This document shows, piece by piece, positions 1 through 9,559 of a stretch of DNA of 36,304 bases (positions within the stretch are counted from its first letter, which is position 1; each line of letters starts with the position of its first letter). The position numbers and the translations under genes are program-made. The notes below the pieces were generated by a model that was not told where the DNA came from, made no database searches, and saw nothing but the letters and a program-made list of their open reading frames with translations. Source of the DNA: a virus. Taxonomy: Duplodnaviria > Caudoviricetes. The DNA is taken from the IMG/VR virus record IMGVR_UViG_3300025875_000771, positions 1-36,304 of that record; one strand, 5' to 3'.

Positions 1-240
1 TCACCGAGAGGGGACGTTCGGCGACGTCACCCCGAGCTGGAAGATGCCGAACAGGCCGGCGATGATCACAGCGGCGGGACCGGTCACGTTGCCATAGTCG
101 AGCTCGGCGACAGCGCCATCGACGAGAGTGGCGATGGACAGTGCGACCGATGCGACGGCGAGGGTGTTGCCGACGATCTTGCGGACCTGCGGGTTCGCGA
201 CGACGACGTTCGGGGTCTGGGTGGGGGCTGCGTCAGTCAT
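1..240 (-). CDS. Holin-like membrane protein (2 TM)
   Basis: 79 aa, two hydrophobic segments, last gene of lysis cassette, ATGA overlap with upstream gene. Confidence 0.7.
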   Translation of the reverse strand: MTDAAPTQTPNVVVANPQVRKIVGNTLAVASVALSIATLVDGAVAELDYGNVTGPAAVIIAGLFGIFQLGVTSPNVPSR

Positions 241-716
241 GAGGGCTCCTTGTTGGCGTTTCTTGGTGGCAGGACGGATTGCAGGATGACCGCGTCATCG
301 GACGGCGGCCACGGCATGGACTCGGACTTCCCCCATGCGAGGAACAGGCGTGACAGCCAACGGCCGAGCGCATCCCGGAAGCGGACGTCGTCACGCTTCA
401 ACGAGTCGAGCTCGTCGCGCATCTTCCGGACTTCGGCTATCGCCTGGTCGACGGCTTCACGGTCTTTCAGCCGTTCCGCGTCGAGCTTCCGCACCTCCTC
501 GCGGAGTGTGTGGTTGTCGTCCCGGAGATCCTTGACGAACTTGGCGGGGTTGTCCTCGTAACGGACGATCGCCTCGTCGGTTTCGGCGGCGTCCGGGTTC
601 GCTGCCTTCTTCTGACGCGCCCGATCGATCTGGTACTTGATGCCCCTGTAGCTGAGCCATGCGGCGGCAAGGGAGCTGAAGGCGAGGATGAGAGCGTTGA
701 TCGTCTCCTGGGACAT
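237..716 (-). CDS. Lysis accessory membrane protein (N-terminal TM + coiled coil)
   Basis: One N-terminal hydrophobic helix followed by a long charged heptad-like region; sits between endolysin and holin-like genes. Confidence 0.65.
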   Translation of the reverse strand: MSQETINALILAFSSLAAAWLSYRGIKYQIDRARQKKAANPDAAETDEAIVRYEDNPAKFVKDLRDDNHTLREEVRKLDAERLKDREAVDQAIAEVRKMRDELDSLKRDDVRFRDALGRWLSRLFLAWGKSESMPWPPSDDAVILQSVLPPRNANKEPS

Positions 717-1166
717 CTACTTGCCCCCTGACCCGCCCGCGATCTCCCCTATCAAGTCGAAGATGCGGAACAGGGGGAAGAGCAGGAACCCGACCGTGAT
801 GACGACGGTGAGGACCGTGCTGTAGGTGCCGAAACCGACGGATGCGATGAGCAGGTAGATGTACACGCCGAAGGAGATGCAGAGCCCCACCTTGGCGAAG
901 ATTTCCACCCAGTCGAGCCGGAACACCAGGCCGACGAGTGCGGCGATCGCGGACGCCCCGACTGCGGCACCCCAGCCCACCCCGAACCAGGGGGTCGTCT
1001 GCGATTCGACGACTCTCGAGCCGACGCCGAGAGCGGCGAAACTGAACGCCATCGCGAGGAGGTCGACCAGGGGTAGTAGCACTTGGAAGATGGGCCGGAA
1101 ACGGTGCTGCACCAGGGGGAGAGCGTTGTCGCCCCAGATGGTCCGGTTCCGCAGGCTGTCGAGCAT
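717..1166 (-). CDS. Multi-TM (about 4) membrane protein, holin-like
   Basis: 149 aa, four hydrophobic stretches, directly downstream of endolysin. Confidence 0.65.
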   Translation of the reverse strand: MLDSLRNRTIWGDNALPLVQHRFRPIFQVLLPLVDLLAMAFSFAALGVGSRVVESQTTPWFGVGWGAAVGASAIAALVGLVFRLDWVEIFAKVGLCISFGVYIYLLIASVGFGTYSTVLTVVITVGFLLFPLFRIFDLIGEIAGGSGGK

Positions 1167-1209
1167 GGTTCCCCCTACAGGTCACCCCGGAGGGCTGTGG
1201 TGCGGTGGC

Positions 1210-2169
1210 TCAGGACGCTAGCTGCTTGCCGAGCTCCGCGACCACCTGAGCGGCGAGATTCGCGGGGAGCGCCGACCGGATCGCGGCCGCAATGCCCTTC
1301 GGGGTGCTGGCCTCGTCGGCGGCAAGAGCGCCGACCCCAGAGACCACCGCGTTGACCTTGTTCTCGGTGTTGTTGATGCCCAGGACCGCGGTCCGCGACG
1401 TCCGCTCCGTCTCCCGGAGCATGTCGATGGGGGCGACGTAAGCACCGGCGAAGTTCTTGAAGTACGCGAAGTTCTGCCAGATGTCCTTGACGAGATTGTC
1501 TTTGTCGTCCTGCGACCACTGCGTGTAACCCATGTCGATTTCCTCCGTGCTGAATGAAGCGCCGCTGATGCCGTCGAACGCCCAGTCCTGGAACTGGTTG
1601 AGGTCGATGGTGACCCCGCCGATAGTCCCGACGGACGTGTACTGGTGACCCGCCCAGACGCCACCGAACCTGCCCCCGAGGTTCGGTGCGCCTGGGTAGG
1701 AACCGTTATTCGCCCCGTAGGAGGCGACGATGAGTTTCGTGCCGAGCGCTTCGACTGGTGCCCAGTTCCGGGCGCGCAGTTCGGATGCTCCGACGTAGAT
1801 GAACGGGGTGGTGCCGAGCCGGTCCCGAACCCGGGCGAGGAACCGTGCCGCATCGGCGGGTTCGTACAGTCGTCCCGAGTCGAGGGTCTCGTTGTCGAGG
1901 ACGAAGAAGTCGCCACCCGTCCATCCGCGGAGGTGGTCGACGGCATAGTCGGCGGCGGCGACCGGATCTGTTGCGCCGGGCACCCAGTAGTGCCCGACCC
2001 GGAACCCGGCCGCACGCGCCTTGTCGACCTGTGCGACATAGTTCGGGGCCACGTACCGGCCGACGTTGTCGCCGCCGAGCTTCACGTAACAGGCCCGGAA
2101 GCCGGACCGGAACGCAAGGCCGAAGTCGAGGTTCCGTTGGGACGTCGCGACGTCGATGACAGGGATCAC
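1210..2169 (-). CDS. Endolysin, GH25 muramidase domain plus helical C-terminal domain
   Basis: N-terminal IDVA, GHYW, LDNE (DxE) and HQYTS..G.IDLN motifs typical of GH25; GGAG RBS upstream. Confidence 0.9.
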   Translation of the reverse strand: MIPVIDVATSQRNLDFGLAFRSGFRACYVKLGGDNVGRYVAPNYVAQVDKARAAGFRVGHYWVPGATDPVAAADYAVDHLRGWTGGDFFVLDNETLDSGRLYEPADAARFLARVRDRLGTTPFIYVGASELRARNWAPVEALGTKLIVASYGANNGSYPGAPNLGGRFGGVWAGHQYTSVGTIGGVTIDLNQFQDWAFDGISGASFSTEEIDMGYTQWSQDDKDNLVKDIWQNFAYFKNFAGAYVAPIDMLRETERTSRTAVLGINNTENKVNAVVSGVGALAADEASTPKGIAAAIRSALPANLAAQVVAELGKQLAS

Positions 2170-2183
2170 AGGGGCTCCTTCAG

Positions 2184-3740
2184 TCAGCCGAGGATGTCGA
2201 CGAAGAACCGGTCGAGTTGGAAGTCGGTGGCGCTACCAGCACGGGCGATACCCGCATAGCCGCCACGGTTCACGGAGTCGTCGGGGACGGAGAAGACCGG
2301 GGTGCCGTTGAGGAGCAGGTAGAGACGACCCAGGTACCAGCGGGCGGTGGTGATTGCACCTACTACGTCCGCGGAAGACAGGGTGGCGAAGTTGGTGGCG
2401 ACGTTCCCGATTCGCTTCTGCAACGCTGTCGTCGTCGGCCCGATCTCGATGCGGTACGCGTCGGGGGCGGGCGACACGGCGACGGTCTGCCGGTACAGGT
2501 CGACGTACACCAGGCCAGCCGTGGGGAGCGTGTCGACCACGATCGAGACCTGCGCCGACGTGGTGGGCACAGGGAAGCCGACAAAGTGGCTGCTCGTCGA
2601 GGTGGACCCGACGAGCTTCCCGCCCGTCGCGCTGAACCCGCCGGTGCCTTCCCACGTCTTCGCCGCCCCGCCGAGGTACAGGTCGGTGGTGCGGCCCACA
2701 ATCGCGCTGTCCCCGGTGAACCCGTCGGACGTGATTCGGGAGGGTGACACCTCAGGGGTCGGCGGCGGGCCGGCGGCGGCCGGGATGTCGAGGGCGCGGC
2801 GCATCAGGTCCGCGATCATCGCGTGCCCTGCGTCGGTGGGGTGCAGGTCGTCATCCCCGACGAGTCCCAGAGGGTCCGAGCCGGGCACGCCAGCAGCAGC
2901 GAAGTAGGGAGCCATACCGACGTACGCGACGTTGTCTGGTCGCTGCGCGGCAAGCGCGGCGAGGGCGTCCCCGTACTCAGACCATGCGTAGGTGCGGTCG
3001 GTGACGTCCATCCGCTGGTAGGACTGGATGAGGATGTGCAGCACCGGCCGGGTACTGCCGGCGTCGATCTGGTCGATGCGCCCCGCGATGTCGTCCCGGT
3101 AGGTGCTCGGGTTCCGGTTCGCGCTGTAGTCGTTCGGGCCGACCATGTGGATCACGACGGACGGGTTCAGGGACGCAACCTGCGGCCCTGTCGTCGCGGT
3201 CAGGTAGTTCGCGGCGGTGGTGCCGGACACGGCTGCGTTGACGAAGTGGATGCCGCGCCCGGTCGGAGGTGACGCGAGTGCCGCCGTGAGTGTGCTCGGG
3301 GCGGTCGCCGCGCCGCCCTGGTAGGCGGTCAGCACGGCGTTCGCGAAGAGGTTCACCCACCGGTTGCCCGGCGTTGAGGCCCCAGTACCGAGCGGTGTCG
3401 ACGACCCGGCCACCACGATGACGACGGAGGACGTCACCCGGGATGCCATGGAAGCGTTGAACCGGCCGAGGGCGGTGGGAAAACGGTCGAAGTGGTACCC
3501 GGCGAGGACTGCGTCGATCGCGGTTCGGGTTGCGGACGGGCCGCTGACGTTCGTCGCCGTCGCGGTGTCGTTCGCGACACCGTTGACACCGGGGAGGCCC
3601 TGCGGTCCCTGCAACTCAGACAGCAGCTTCAGGTTCTGCCAGGACCCGTTGCCCCCAGCAACCCGCCACTGGATCTGGGTGGAGGAGGTGCGCAGTTCAA
3701 GAGCCGGGCCTTTGAGGTCGGCTTTCAGCTTCCAGGTCAA
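2184..3740 (-). CDS. Tail fibre/spike with SGNH/GDSL esterase domain and C-terminal beta-rich (lectin-like) domain
   Basis: AGSST (block I), NAAVSG (II), GPND (III), DDLHPTDAGH (V); short QGPQGLPG collagen-like linker; likely TTG start at 3740 with GGGAG 7 nt upstream. Confidence 0.8.
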   Translation of the reverse strand: MTWKLKADLKGPALELRTSSTQIQWRVAGGNGSWQNLKLLSELQGPQGLPGVNGVANDTATATNVSGPSATRTAIDAVLAGYHFDRFPTALGRFNASMASRVTSSVVIVVAGSSTPLGTGASTPGNRWVNLFANAVLTAYQGGAATAPSTLTAALASPPTGRGIHFVNAAVSGTTAANYLTATTGPQVASLNPSVVIHMVGPNDYSANRNPSTYRDDIAGRIDQIDAGSTRPVLHILIQSYQRMDVTDRTYAWSEYGDALAALAAQRPDNVAYVGMAPYFAAAGVPGSDPLGLVGDDDLHPTDAGHAMIADLMRRALDIPAAAGPPPTPEVSPSRITSDGFTGDSAIVGRTTDLYLGGAAKTWEGTGGFSATGGKLVGSTSTSSHFVGFPVPTTSAQVSIVVDTLPTAGLVYVDLYRQTVAVSPAPDAYRIEIGPTTTALQKRIGNVATNFATLSSADVVGAITTARWYLGRLYLLLNGTPVFSVPDDSVNRGGYAGIARAGSATDFQLDRFFVDILG

Positions 3741-3744
3741 CAGG

Positions 3745-4173
3745 TCACTCCCACTCGTAGTAAAGGCCGGTGTCGGAGTCCAGCCAGCCCGCATGGGCGA
3801 CTGGGGAGTCGGGGGCGTCCGGTCCCGCCCACCACCAGGCCGGGTTCGCGGGCACACCACCGAGTGCGCTGAGCGCCACGTCGCCCTCAGGCATGTAGAG
3901 CTTCCAGCGGGGGGCGTCGAAGTACGGCATGGATTCGCCGGTGAGGGCCACCACACGAAGCTGGTAAAAAACGACCGGCTGCGCGTACGCGGACGGATTC
4001 AGGAAGACACTGAAGTCACCCGCCCCGTCCGGCTCGACGACGATCGGCTTGGGCGTCAACAGCCGATTCGAGGACAACGAGATCGCAGCCTCGGTGGGCG
4101 TGATGATAATGCGCGCTGTCGTCCCGAGGGCATCGATCCCGAAGTCCCGCAGTGAGCCGGTGAGCGTACCCAT
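3745..4173 (-). CDS. Minor tail protein (baseplate/fibre adaptor)
   Basis: 142 aa beta-rich protein in tail-tip cluster; GGAGG RBS. Confidence 0.65.
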   Translation of the reverse strand: MGTLTGSLRDFGIDALGTTARIIITPTEAAISLSSNRLLTPKPIVVEPDGAGDFSVFLNPSAYAQPVVFYQLRVVALTGESMPYFDAPRWKLYMPEGDVALSALGGVPANPAWWWAGPDAPDSPVAHAGWLDSDTGLYYEWE

Positions 4174-4181
4174 GGGGCCTC

Positions 4182-4859
4182 CTAGGCGTTCGTCGTGCCG
4201 GTAGCGGTGGAACGGAACACCTGATTAGTTGAAGGGTTCACATACAGGTTCGGCGGTTGCGTTGTGGTCGGCAGGTTGTCGAGGAAGTGGCCGGCCGCCG
4301 TCACCCGGACCGCGCGGGAGCCCTGCACAAGCGCCGCGAACCCGTTGCCGACGCCAACCACGCCTGCCCCTGACGTGAGTGCGATCTGATCGCCGTCGGA
4401 GGAGAGCTCGCCGCCCGGGTAGTGGAGCCCCGGCCGGCCGCTGGTGAGCATCCCGATGAACATGTCCGCGACCGTGACCCGCTCACCGGCGAGAATCACG
4501 TCGCCGATGACGACCCGCCCGGACTCATCGACAGTGAGGTCGCCAGCCAGGTGGGTGTTGCCCTCGATCGTGCCCTCACCGACCATGGTCCACGGACCCT
4601 CGAAGGTCGCGGAGCCGGCCCAACTGATGGACCCGTCGCCGTTCAGGACTCCGACGATCCGCAGCGTCCCGTAGACGGTCTGCGATCCGTTCGTGGAGCC
4701 TTCCTCGCCGACTTCAACGCTCGACTCTCCGAGGAAGCGGGTCGTTCCCCGCGTGACGGACGAGAACCCGAGGTTCGCGGCAAGGGAGTTCCGGCGGGTC
4801 TGTCGGCGCTGATCCCGCTGCTCCTGCGGCAGGTCGAGGCGGTCACGGGAAACCATCAC
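4182..4859 (-). CDS. Minor tail protein
   Basis: Gly-rich repetitive beta-strand pattern; GTGA overlap with upstream gene (alternative ATG at 4856). Confidence 0.7.
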   Translation of the reverse strand: MMVSRDRLDLPQEQRDQRRQTRRNSLAANLGFSSVTRGTTRFLGESSVEVGEEGSTNGSQTVYGTLRIVGVLNGDGSISWAGSATFEGPWTMVGEGTIEGNTHLAGDLTVDESGRVVIGDVILAGERVTVADMFIGMLTSGRPGLHYPGGELSSDGDQIALTSGAGVVGVGNGFAALVQGSRAVRVTAAGHFLDNLPTTTQPPNLYVNPSTNQVFRSTATGTTNA

Positions 4860-5938
4860 GCCTCCTGAACTTGGAAGGTGACGCTGTACCCGTAATCGCC
4901 CGTGTACCCCACCGTGTAGTGGTCCTTCACACCATCCGCGATCCACTCATCGCCAGAGGAAAGCGTGCGGACGGTAGAGCCGATCGTGAGGTCGCCGAGG
5001 TTCTGCGTCCCGGTGTCGAGCTCGGATGCGAGGACGTTGAACGACCACTGAGTCGTCGGCGAATACAGGGCGTTCAGTTCCGCCTGCGCGTGACTGTTGA
5101 GCTGCGCGACATCGTCGATGTCCTTCAGCGTGATCAACGTGTCCTTCGCAAGACCCGCAGACACGGACGCCGCTGCACCGCCGACCCGCATGTCGGCCTC
5201 AGCACCCTTACCGACGGCGAACACGCCCGTGGTCTGCTTCGCCGCGTCCTCCTTCACGTGGAGGTCAAGGAGAGGCTGCTTCTCGGCCGCGATGTTGAAC
5301 TCCCAGTCGGGGCCGTCCAGTAGCGGGTTACCGATCCGGTACTCCCAATACAGGCGGCCCTCCGCGTCGAGGCGCGGCTGCAAGTCCGTGTCCGGGCCGC
5401 CGTCCATGCTCTCGATCTCGGAGAGCGCTTCAGCGACCGTCTGGAACTCGTAGTGGTAGTACGTGCGGTCGATGGACCCGGCCTCTTCGGCGGGGATCAC
5501 AACAGGGATCGGCCATGCACCCGAGATCGGGGCCTGCAAGCCGATGTAGCCGAGACGGGCCGCGATCCCACGGAGAGACAAGTTGTCGATGACGACACTG
5601 CCCGTCGGGGAGTAGCCGCCGATGCCGTACATCCAACGGCGGGACAGGAGCACCCGGACGTCGCAATGGTTGACGGTGAGAATCCCCGACGCCATGTCGT
5701 AATCGGTGCCGAGGATCAGACCCCCGTAGACCGGTTTCCCGTCCCACATCTGCACCAGCGTGCGGTCCCACGCCCGGTACAAGTCACGGCGCTGCGCCTG
5801 CGTGAACCCATCACCGCGGAGAGGGACCGCGTGGCTGCGGGACGTGACATCGCCGCGACCCCATGTGCCTGAGGCTGGCTGCACCGGGGACATGGGGGCA
5901 CCGGTCTGCGTGTCGAAGATCGCCGTCGACCACGTCAC
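4856..5938 (-). CDS. Minor tail protein (tail hub/Tal-like)
   Basis: About 360 aa, directly after distal tail gene; GTGA overlap start at 5938. Confidence 0.75.
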   Translation of the reverse strand: MTWSTAIFDTQTGAPMSPVQPASGTWGRGDVTSRSHAVPLRGDGFTQAQRRDLYRAWDRTLVQMWDGKPVYGGLILGTDYDMASGILTVNHCDVRVLLSRRWMYGIGGYSPTGSVVIDNLSLRGIAARLGYIGLQAPISGAWPIPVVIPAEEAGSIDRTYYHYEFQTVAEALSEIESMDGGPDTDLQPRLDAEGRLYWEYRIGNPLLDGPDWEFNIAAEKQPLLDLHVKEDAAKQTTGVFAVGKGAEADMRVGGAAASVSAGLAKDTLITLKDIDDVAQLNSHAQAELNALYSPTTQWSFNVLASELDTGTQNLGDLTIGSTVRTLSSGDEWIADGVKDHYTVGYTGDYGYSVTFQVQEA

Positions 5939-6675
5939 AGGAACGTGTCCCTGACAGTCACGGACAGCGTCCCGGAACCGGACAACGTGTGCGTCACCGT
6001 CTGCCCGGCCGGGACCGTCCACACATCCGCGCGGGACACCCCACCGAACACCAGGGCACCATCAACACGGAGACGACCATCGAGCATGTCGATGGTGTGC
6101 GGGTGACCAGTGACCAGAGGACGAGTCACCACGTACGCCTTCCCGTCCGGCCCGTTCACCGTGTACCCGCCCGAACTCGAGCCCGTAACCCGGATCAGCG
6201 GAGACGCCGGGAAGGTCCCGAAATGGAACGACGGCACACCCGACGCGAACGACCGGGACTCCCCATATAGGCGCGGATCGTTGAACGTGAACTGGATCTG
6301 GTACTCGGCAATCGACCCCGGAACGACCACATCGAACCTGGTGCGGGAACCCAACGCGAGCCGGGCATCACCCCACACCCGCTCGCCCAGATAGTCGACC
6401 GACACCCGCTCCGGACCCGAGGTGAACAACCCCGTCAGCTTCCGCCGCCACCACCCCAGACGCTCATCCGAATCCGCGAGACACAGACCCGACACGCTCG
6501 CCGTCCGCGGCTGCGAAAACGACGGCAGATCGAATGCCCCATGCCCCGCCGGGTACAGGACCGCCTCGCCCCGAAAATCGGTGCCATCGAAACCGACCAG
6601 CCCGCCAGCCTTCACCGTCGGACCGGACTGGCCGTCCCCACCATCGAAGAAGACGTCCTGGATATGCAGGGTCAC
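5935..6675 (-). CDS. Distal tail protein (Dit-like)
   Basis: First gene after tape measure; PRTASVSG and YQIQFTFNDPRLYG motifs typical of Dit. Confidence 0.8.
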   Translation of the reverse strand: MTLHIQDVFFDGGDGQSGPTVKAGGLVGFDGTDFRGEAVLYPAGHGAFDLPSFSQPRTASVSGLCLADSDERLGWWRRKLTGLFTSGPERVSVDYLGERVWGDARLALGSRTRFDVVVPGSIAEYQIQFTFNDPRLYGESRSFASGVPSFHFGTFPASPLIRVTGSSSGGYTVNGPDGKAYVVTRPLVTGHPHTIDMLDGRLRVDGALVFGGVSRADVWTVPAGQTVTHTLSGSGTLSVTVRDTFL

Positions 6676-9524
6676 GAGCTCAACCTCGCGTCGTACTCGA
6701 AATCGCGGCGGGCCACCTCATACGCACGCCTCGCCTCCGCCGCATCCTGCACAGGGAACTGGGGGGCGAAGGTGTAGGACCGCGGGGACGGCTGCGAGAT
6801 GGAGATGTTCGGGGAGTAGGACGGGGTCGCGTACTGCGTCTCCATGCCCCGCACATACCCGCCGCCCGCATAGCCGGGAACGTTGCCACCCGACATGAGG
6901 TACTCAAAGAACCGGCGATACCTACTGGTGATGTCCTGCGGGAATACGAACTCGCCTGCATGGACCACACCAGCGACCTGATACTTGGTGCCCGGCCCGG
7001 TGTAGCCACCGGTGGCAAAGGTGCCCATCTGCCCGTTACCGGAGGCTGCCCCGTTGAGGTCGGGCATGAGCGCGCGGTACTCGATGGTCCCGCGCAGAGT
7101 GCCGTAGTAGTCCATGAACTTGTCGACATCCGCCGCGGCCGTGGCCGTGTCCGCGTCGACATGGAAAGTCGGGCGGATCCCCTCAATCTTCAGCCCGTAG
7201 TCCTGCATGATCTGCTCGACCGTGGAAGTGCCAGCAGCCAGCTTCCCGGCGATCTCGTCCGCCGCGTCCTGCCCCAGTTGCGCAGCCGCGCCTTGGATCA
7301 AAGTCACCGTGGCCGGGTCGGCGAGCGTCGCCGCGAATGCGCCCGTCGCCTCAGCGCCACGTTGCTGCCACAACTCGACCGTCTTGCCGAGCTCTTCATC
7401 CGTCATCGTGGTGAGCAGTTGCACCTGCTGAGCGCCGGCCGGGCCGAGCTCCCGCAGTTCGTCGAGCATCGCGGCGGGAACGCGAGCCGCGATGAGGATC
7501 ATGTTGGCTTCCCACCCGTTCTGGGCGTCCACCTGCTTCTGCAGCTCCGCGATGTACTCCCCGGTGGAGACCTGCGCCGCATCGACCATGCCGTCGAGGG
7601 CATCTCCGACCGCCCCTGCGGACTCGCCGGTCGACTTGGCGAGCTCCTGCGCCTTCGCCATCGCGTTGTCATACGCGCCACCGAGATCCACGAACGCGGC
7701 ATCTGAGCCCGCGACCTCCGCGAGGTACTTCTCCTGCGCCTCGGTTGCGGCTTCCGTTGCCTGCTGTAACGCCTCAGTCTTGGCGGTCGCCTCTTCCGTG
7801 GAGTCTGCGAGACCGTCCGTCGCGACCTTCGTGTCCTTGAAGCCGCGTTCGCTGCGCTCGAGGCCGTCGCGGAGTTCGCTAATCCCCTTCGCGGCATTAC
7901 CGGCGCGGAACGCGAGACCCGTGAAGGCGGTCCCGACGGTGTTCGAGTCGTTGAACTTCTTCATCACGCGGTCGTACTCGTCGCCGCCCTCGACGATCGC
8001 GTCGGTGAGTTCCTTCTGACCTACGCCGACCTCTTTCGCGACGTCGAACGCCCCCGACTCCGCCAGCTTCTTCGCCGTGAGCGCTCGGGTGTAGTCAGTG
8101 ACCGCACCAGTCGACTTGTCGAGAGAATCGGCGAAGTCCGCAGCGGCACCCGATATGGCGGCCTGGTGTTCGACGATGTTGCCCAATGCGATGGTGATGC
8201 CCGCGGCGGCCAGCCCGAAACCGGAGATGGCCCTGGCCGCGGTGCCGACGCTCACCTTGAGTGTGTCGAGGGATGTCTTGAAGGCGACTACGCGGGGGAC
8301 CGCGAGCAAGGCTGCGCCGCCCACGCCAGCTACCCCGGCGGCCAGGACGCCCACGACGAGGCCGGCGTTCGTCACCGGGGCCGGGAGGCTGCCGATCGCA
8401 TCGACTAGGACTGTCGCCGACTGCACGAGCGTACGGAGGGTGTCGTTCGCGCCGCCGCCGCCCCTGATAAGAGCAGTGTCGAACGCCCCGCCCAGCTTTT
8501 CGACGTCCCCGGAGAGGTTATCGAGGCGGATGCGAGCCGTCTCCGCCGCGTAACCCACGTCATCGACGTTGTCGATCCAGTCGCCGATACCGGTAGCGCC
8601 CTCGTCGAGGAGGACGTTGAAGCCGCGGATCGCGTCCTGCCCGAAGATGAGGCCAGCGGACGCGTTGCGCGCCTCGGTGTTCATGCCACCGAAGCTCTTC
8701 GTCACCTGCGCGGCGAGCTTCTCCATGCCGATGAACTCGCCGTTAGTGTCGAACGCCGAGAAGTGCAGGCGGGTCATCTCGTCCGCCGCCTCCTTGGACT
8801 GCGGGGTGAGGCGGAGAAGCATCGTGCGGAGGGACGTGCCGGCGTCAGAACCGAGGAGACCAGCGGACGCGAACGCGGCGAGGGTGCCCGTCGTCTCCTC
8901 GAGGGACAGGCCCGTCTGAGACGCCACGAGGCCGGCCTGCCCGAATGCCTGAGCCATGTCCTCAACGCCGCCCTGCGCCTTACCAGCAGCCGCAGCGAAC
9001 AGGTCCGCCACGTGAGGGACGTCGCTGCCTTCCAGGTTGAACTGGGTGATCGCGGTCGCCGCGATCTCCGCGGCGCGACCGACACCGATAGCGCCGGCCG
9101 ACGCGAGATCGAGAGAGCCGGCCAGAGCCCCAGACAGGACGTCGGAGGCGCTGATACCGGCCTTCGACAGCTCTTCGATCGCCTCCGCCGACTCAGTGGC
9201 GGTGAAGACGGTGGAAGCGCCCGCATCCATTGCGGCGTCCCGGAGGAGGCCCATCGTCTGCGCGGACTCGTGGGTGGCCGCCTGCACCGCCGACATCTGC
9301 TTGTCGAACTCGGCGAAACGCGACACTGCGACACCGATGCCAGCCGCAAGGGCGGTCCCCATGATGAGGGCTGACCGGCCCAGCGTCTCGAACGCCTGCT
9401 TCTTCTGCCCGAGCTTGTCCGCCTCGGTGCCAATCTGAGCGGTCTTCGCCCGAACCTTCTCGGCTTCGGCGTAGAACTGGGACGCTTGGAGGACGAGCCC
9501 CACTTTGACGATGCGGTCAGCCAT
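6672..9524 (-). CDS. Tape measure protein
   Basis: 950 aa Ala/Gly-rich helical protein; FDKQMSAV..., GSDAGTSLRTML and DNLSGD motifs of the TP901-type TMP core. Confidence 0.95.
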   Translation of the reverse strand: MADRIVKVGLVLQASQFYAEAEKVRAKTAQIGTEADKLGQKKQAFETLGRSALIMGTALAAGIGVAVSRFAEFDKQMSAVQAATHESAQTMGLLRDAAMDAGASTVFTATESAEAIEELSKAGISASDVLSGALAGSLDLASAGAIGVGRAAEIAATAITQFNLEGSDVPHVADLFAAAAGKAQGGVEDMAQAFGQAGLVASQTGLSLEETTGTLAAFASAGLLGSDAGTSLRTMLLRLTPQSKEAADEMTRLHFSAFDTNGEFIGMEKLAAQVTKSFGGMNTEARNASAGLIFGQDAIRGFNVLLDEGATGIGDWIDNVDDVGYAAETARIRLDNLSGDVEKLGGAFDTALIRGGGGANDTLRTLVQSATVLVDAIGSLPAPVTNAGLVVGVLAAGVAGVGGAALLAVPRVVAFKTSLDTLKVSVGTAARAISGFGLAAAGITIALGNIVEHQAAISGAAADFADSLDKSTGAVTDYTRALTAKKLAESGAFDVAKEVGVGQKELTDAIVEGGDEYDRVMKKFNDSNTVGTAFTGLAFRAGNAAKGISELRDGLERSERGFKDTKVATDGLADSTEEATAKTEALQQATEAATEAQEKYLAEVAGSDAAFVDLGGAYDNAMAKAQELAKSTGESAGAVGDALDGMVDAAQVSTGEYIAELQKQVDAQNGWEANMILIAARVPAAMLDELRELGPAGAQQVQLLTTMTDEELGKTVELWQQRGAEATGAFAATLADPATVTLIQGAAAQLGQDAADEIAGKLAAGTSTVEQIMQDYGLKIEGIRPTFHVDADTATAAADVDKFMDYYGTLRGTIEYRALMPDLNGAASGNGQMGTFATGGYTGPGTKYQVAGVVHAGEFVFPQDITSRYRRFFEYLMSGGNVPGYAGGGYVRGMETQYATPSYSPNISISQPSPRSYTFAPQFPVQDAAEARRAYEVARRDFEYDARLSS

Positions 9525-9546
9525 GCGGGCGGTCTCCGTTCGTCTG

Positions 9547-9552
9547 TAGAAT
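9547..9552 (+). promoter_or_regulatory. -10 element TAGAAT, 7 nt before ATG (leaderless promoter of lipoprotein gene)
   Basis: TAGAAT-ccggcgc-ATG; no SD sequence; no clear -35. Confidence 0.65.
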
Positions 9553-9559
9553 CCGGCGC

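Noticed and set aside
3741-3956. Upstream extension of the SGNH tail ORF, or a frameshift fusion with gene 3745-4173
   Set aside because: The extension is low-complexity and overlaps a good gene; there is no slippery heptamer; TTG at 3740 has its own SD
6534-7706. Long + strand ORF (390 aa) and similar antisense ORFs (13361-14494, 15385-16362, 21315-22427, 22605-23870)
   Set aside because: Shadow frames of high-GC - strand genes; Arg/Gly/Pro-rich, with no motifs or RBS
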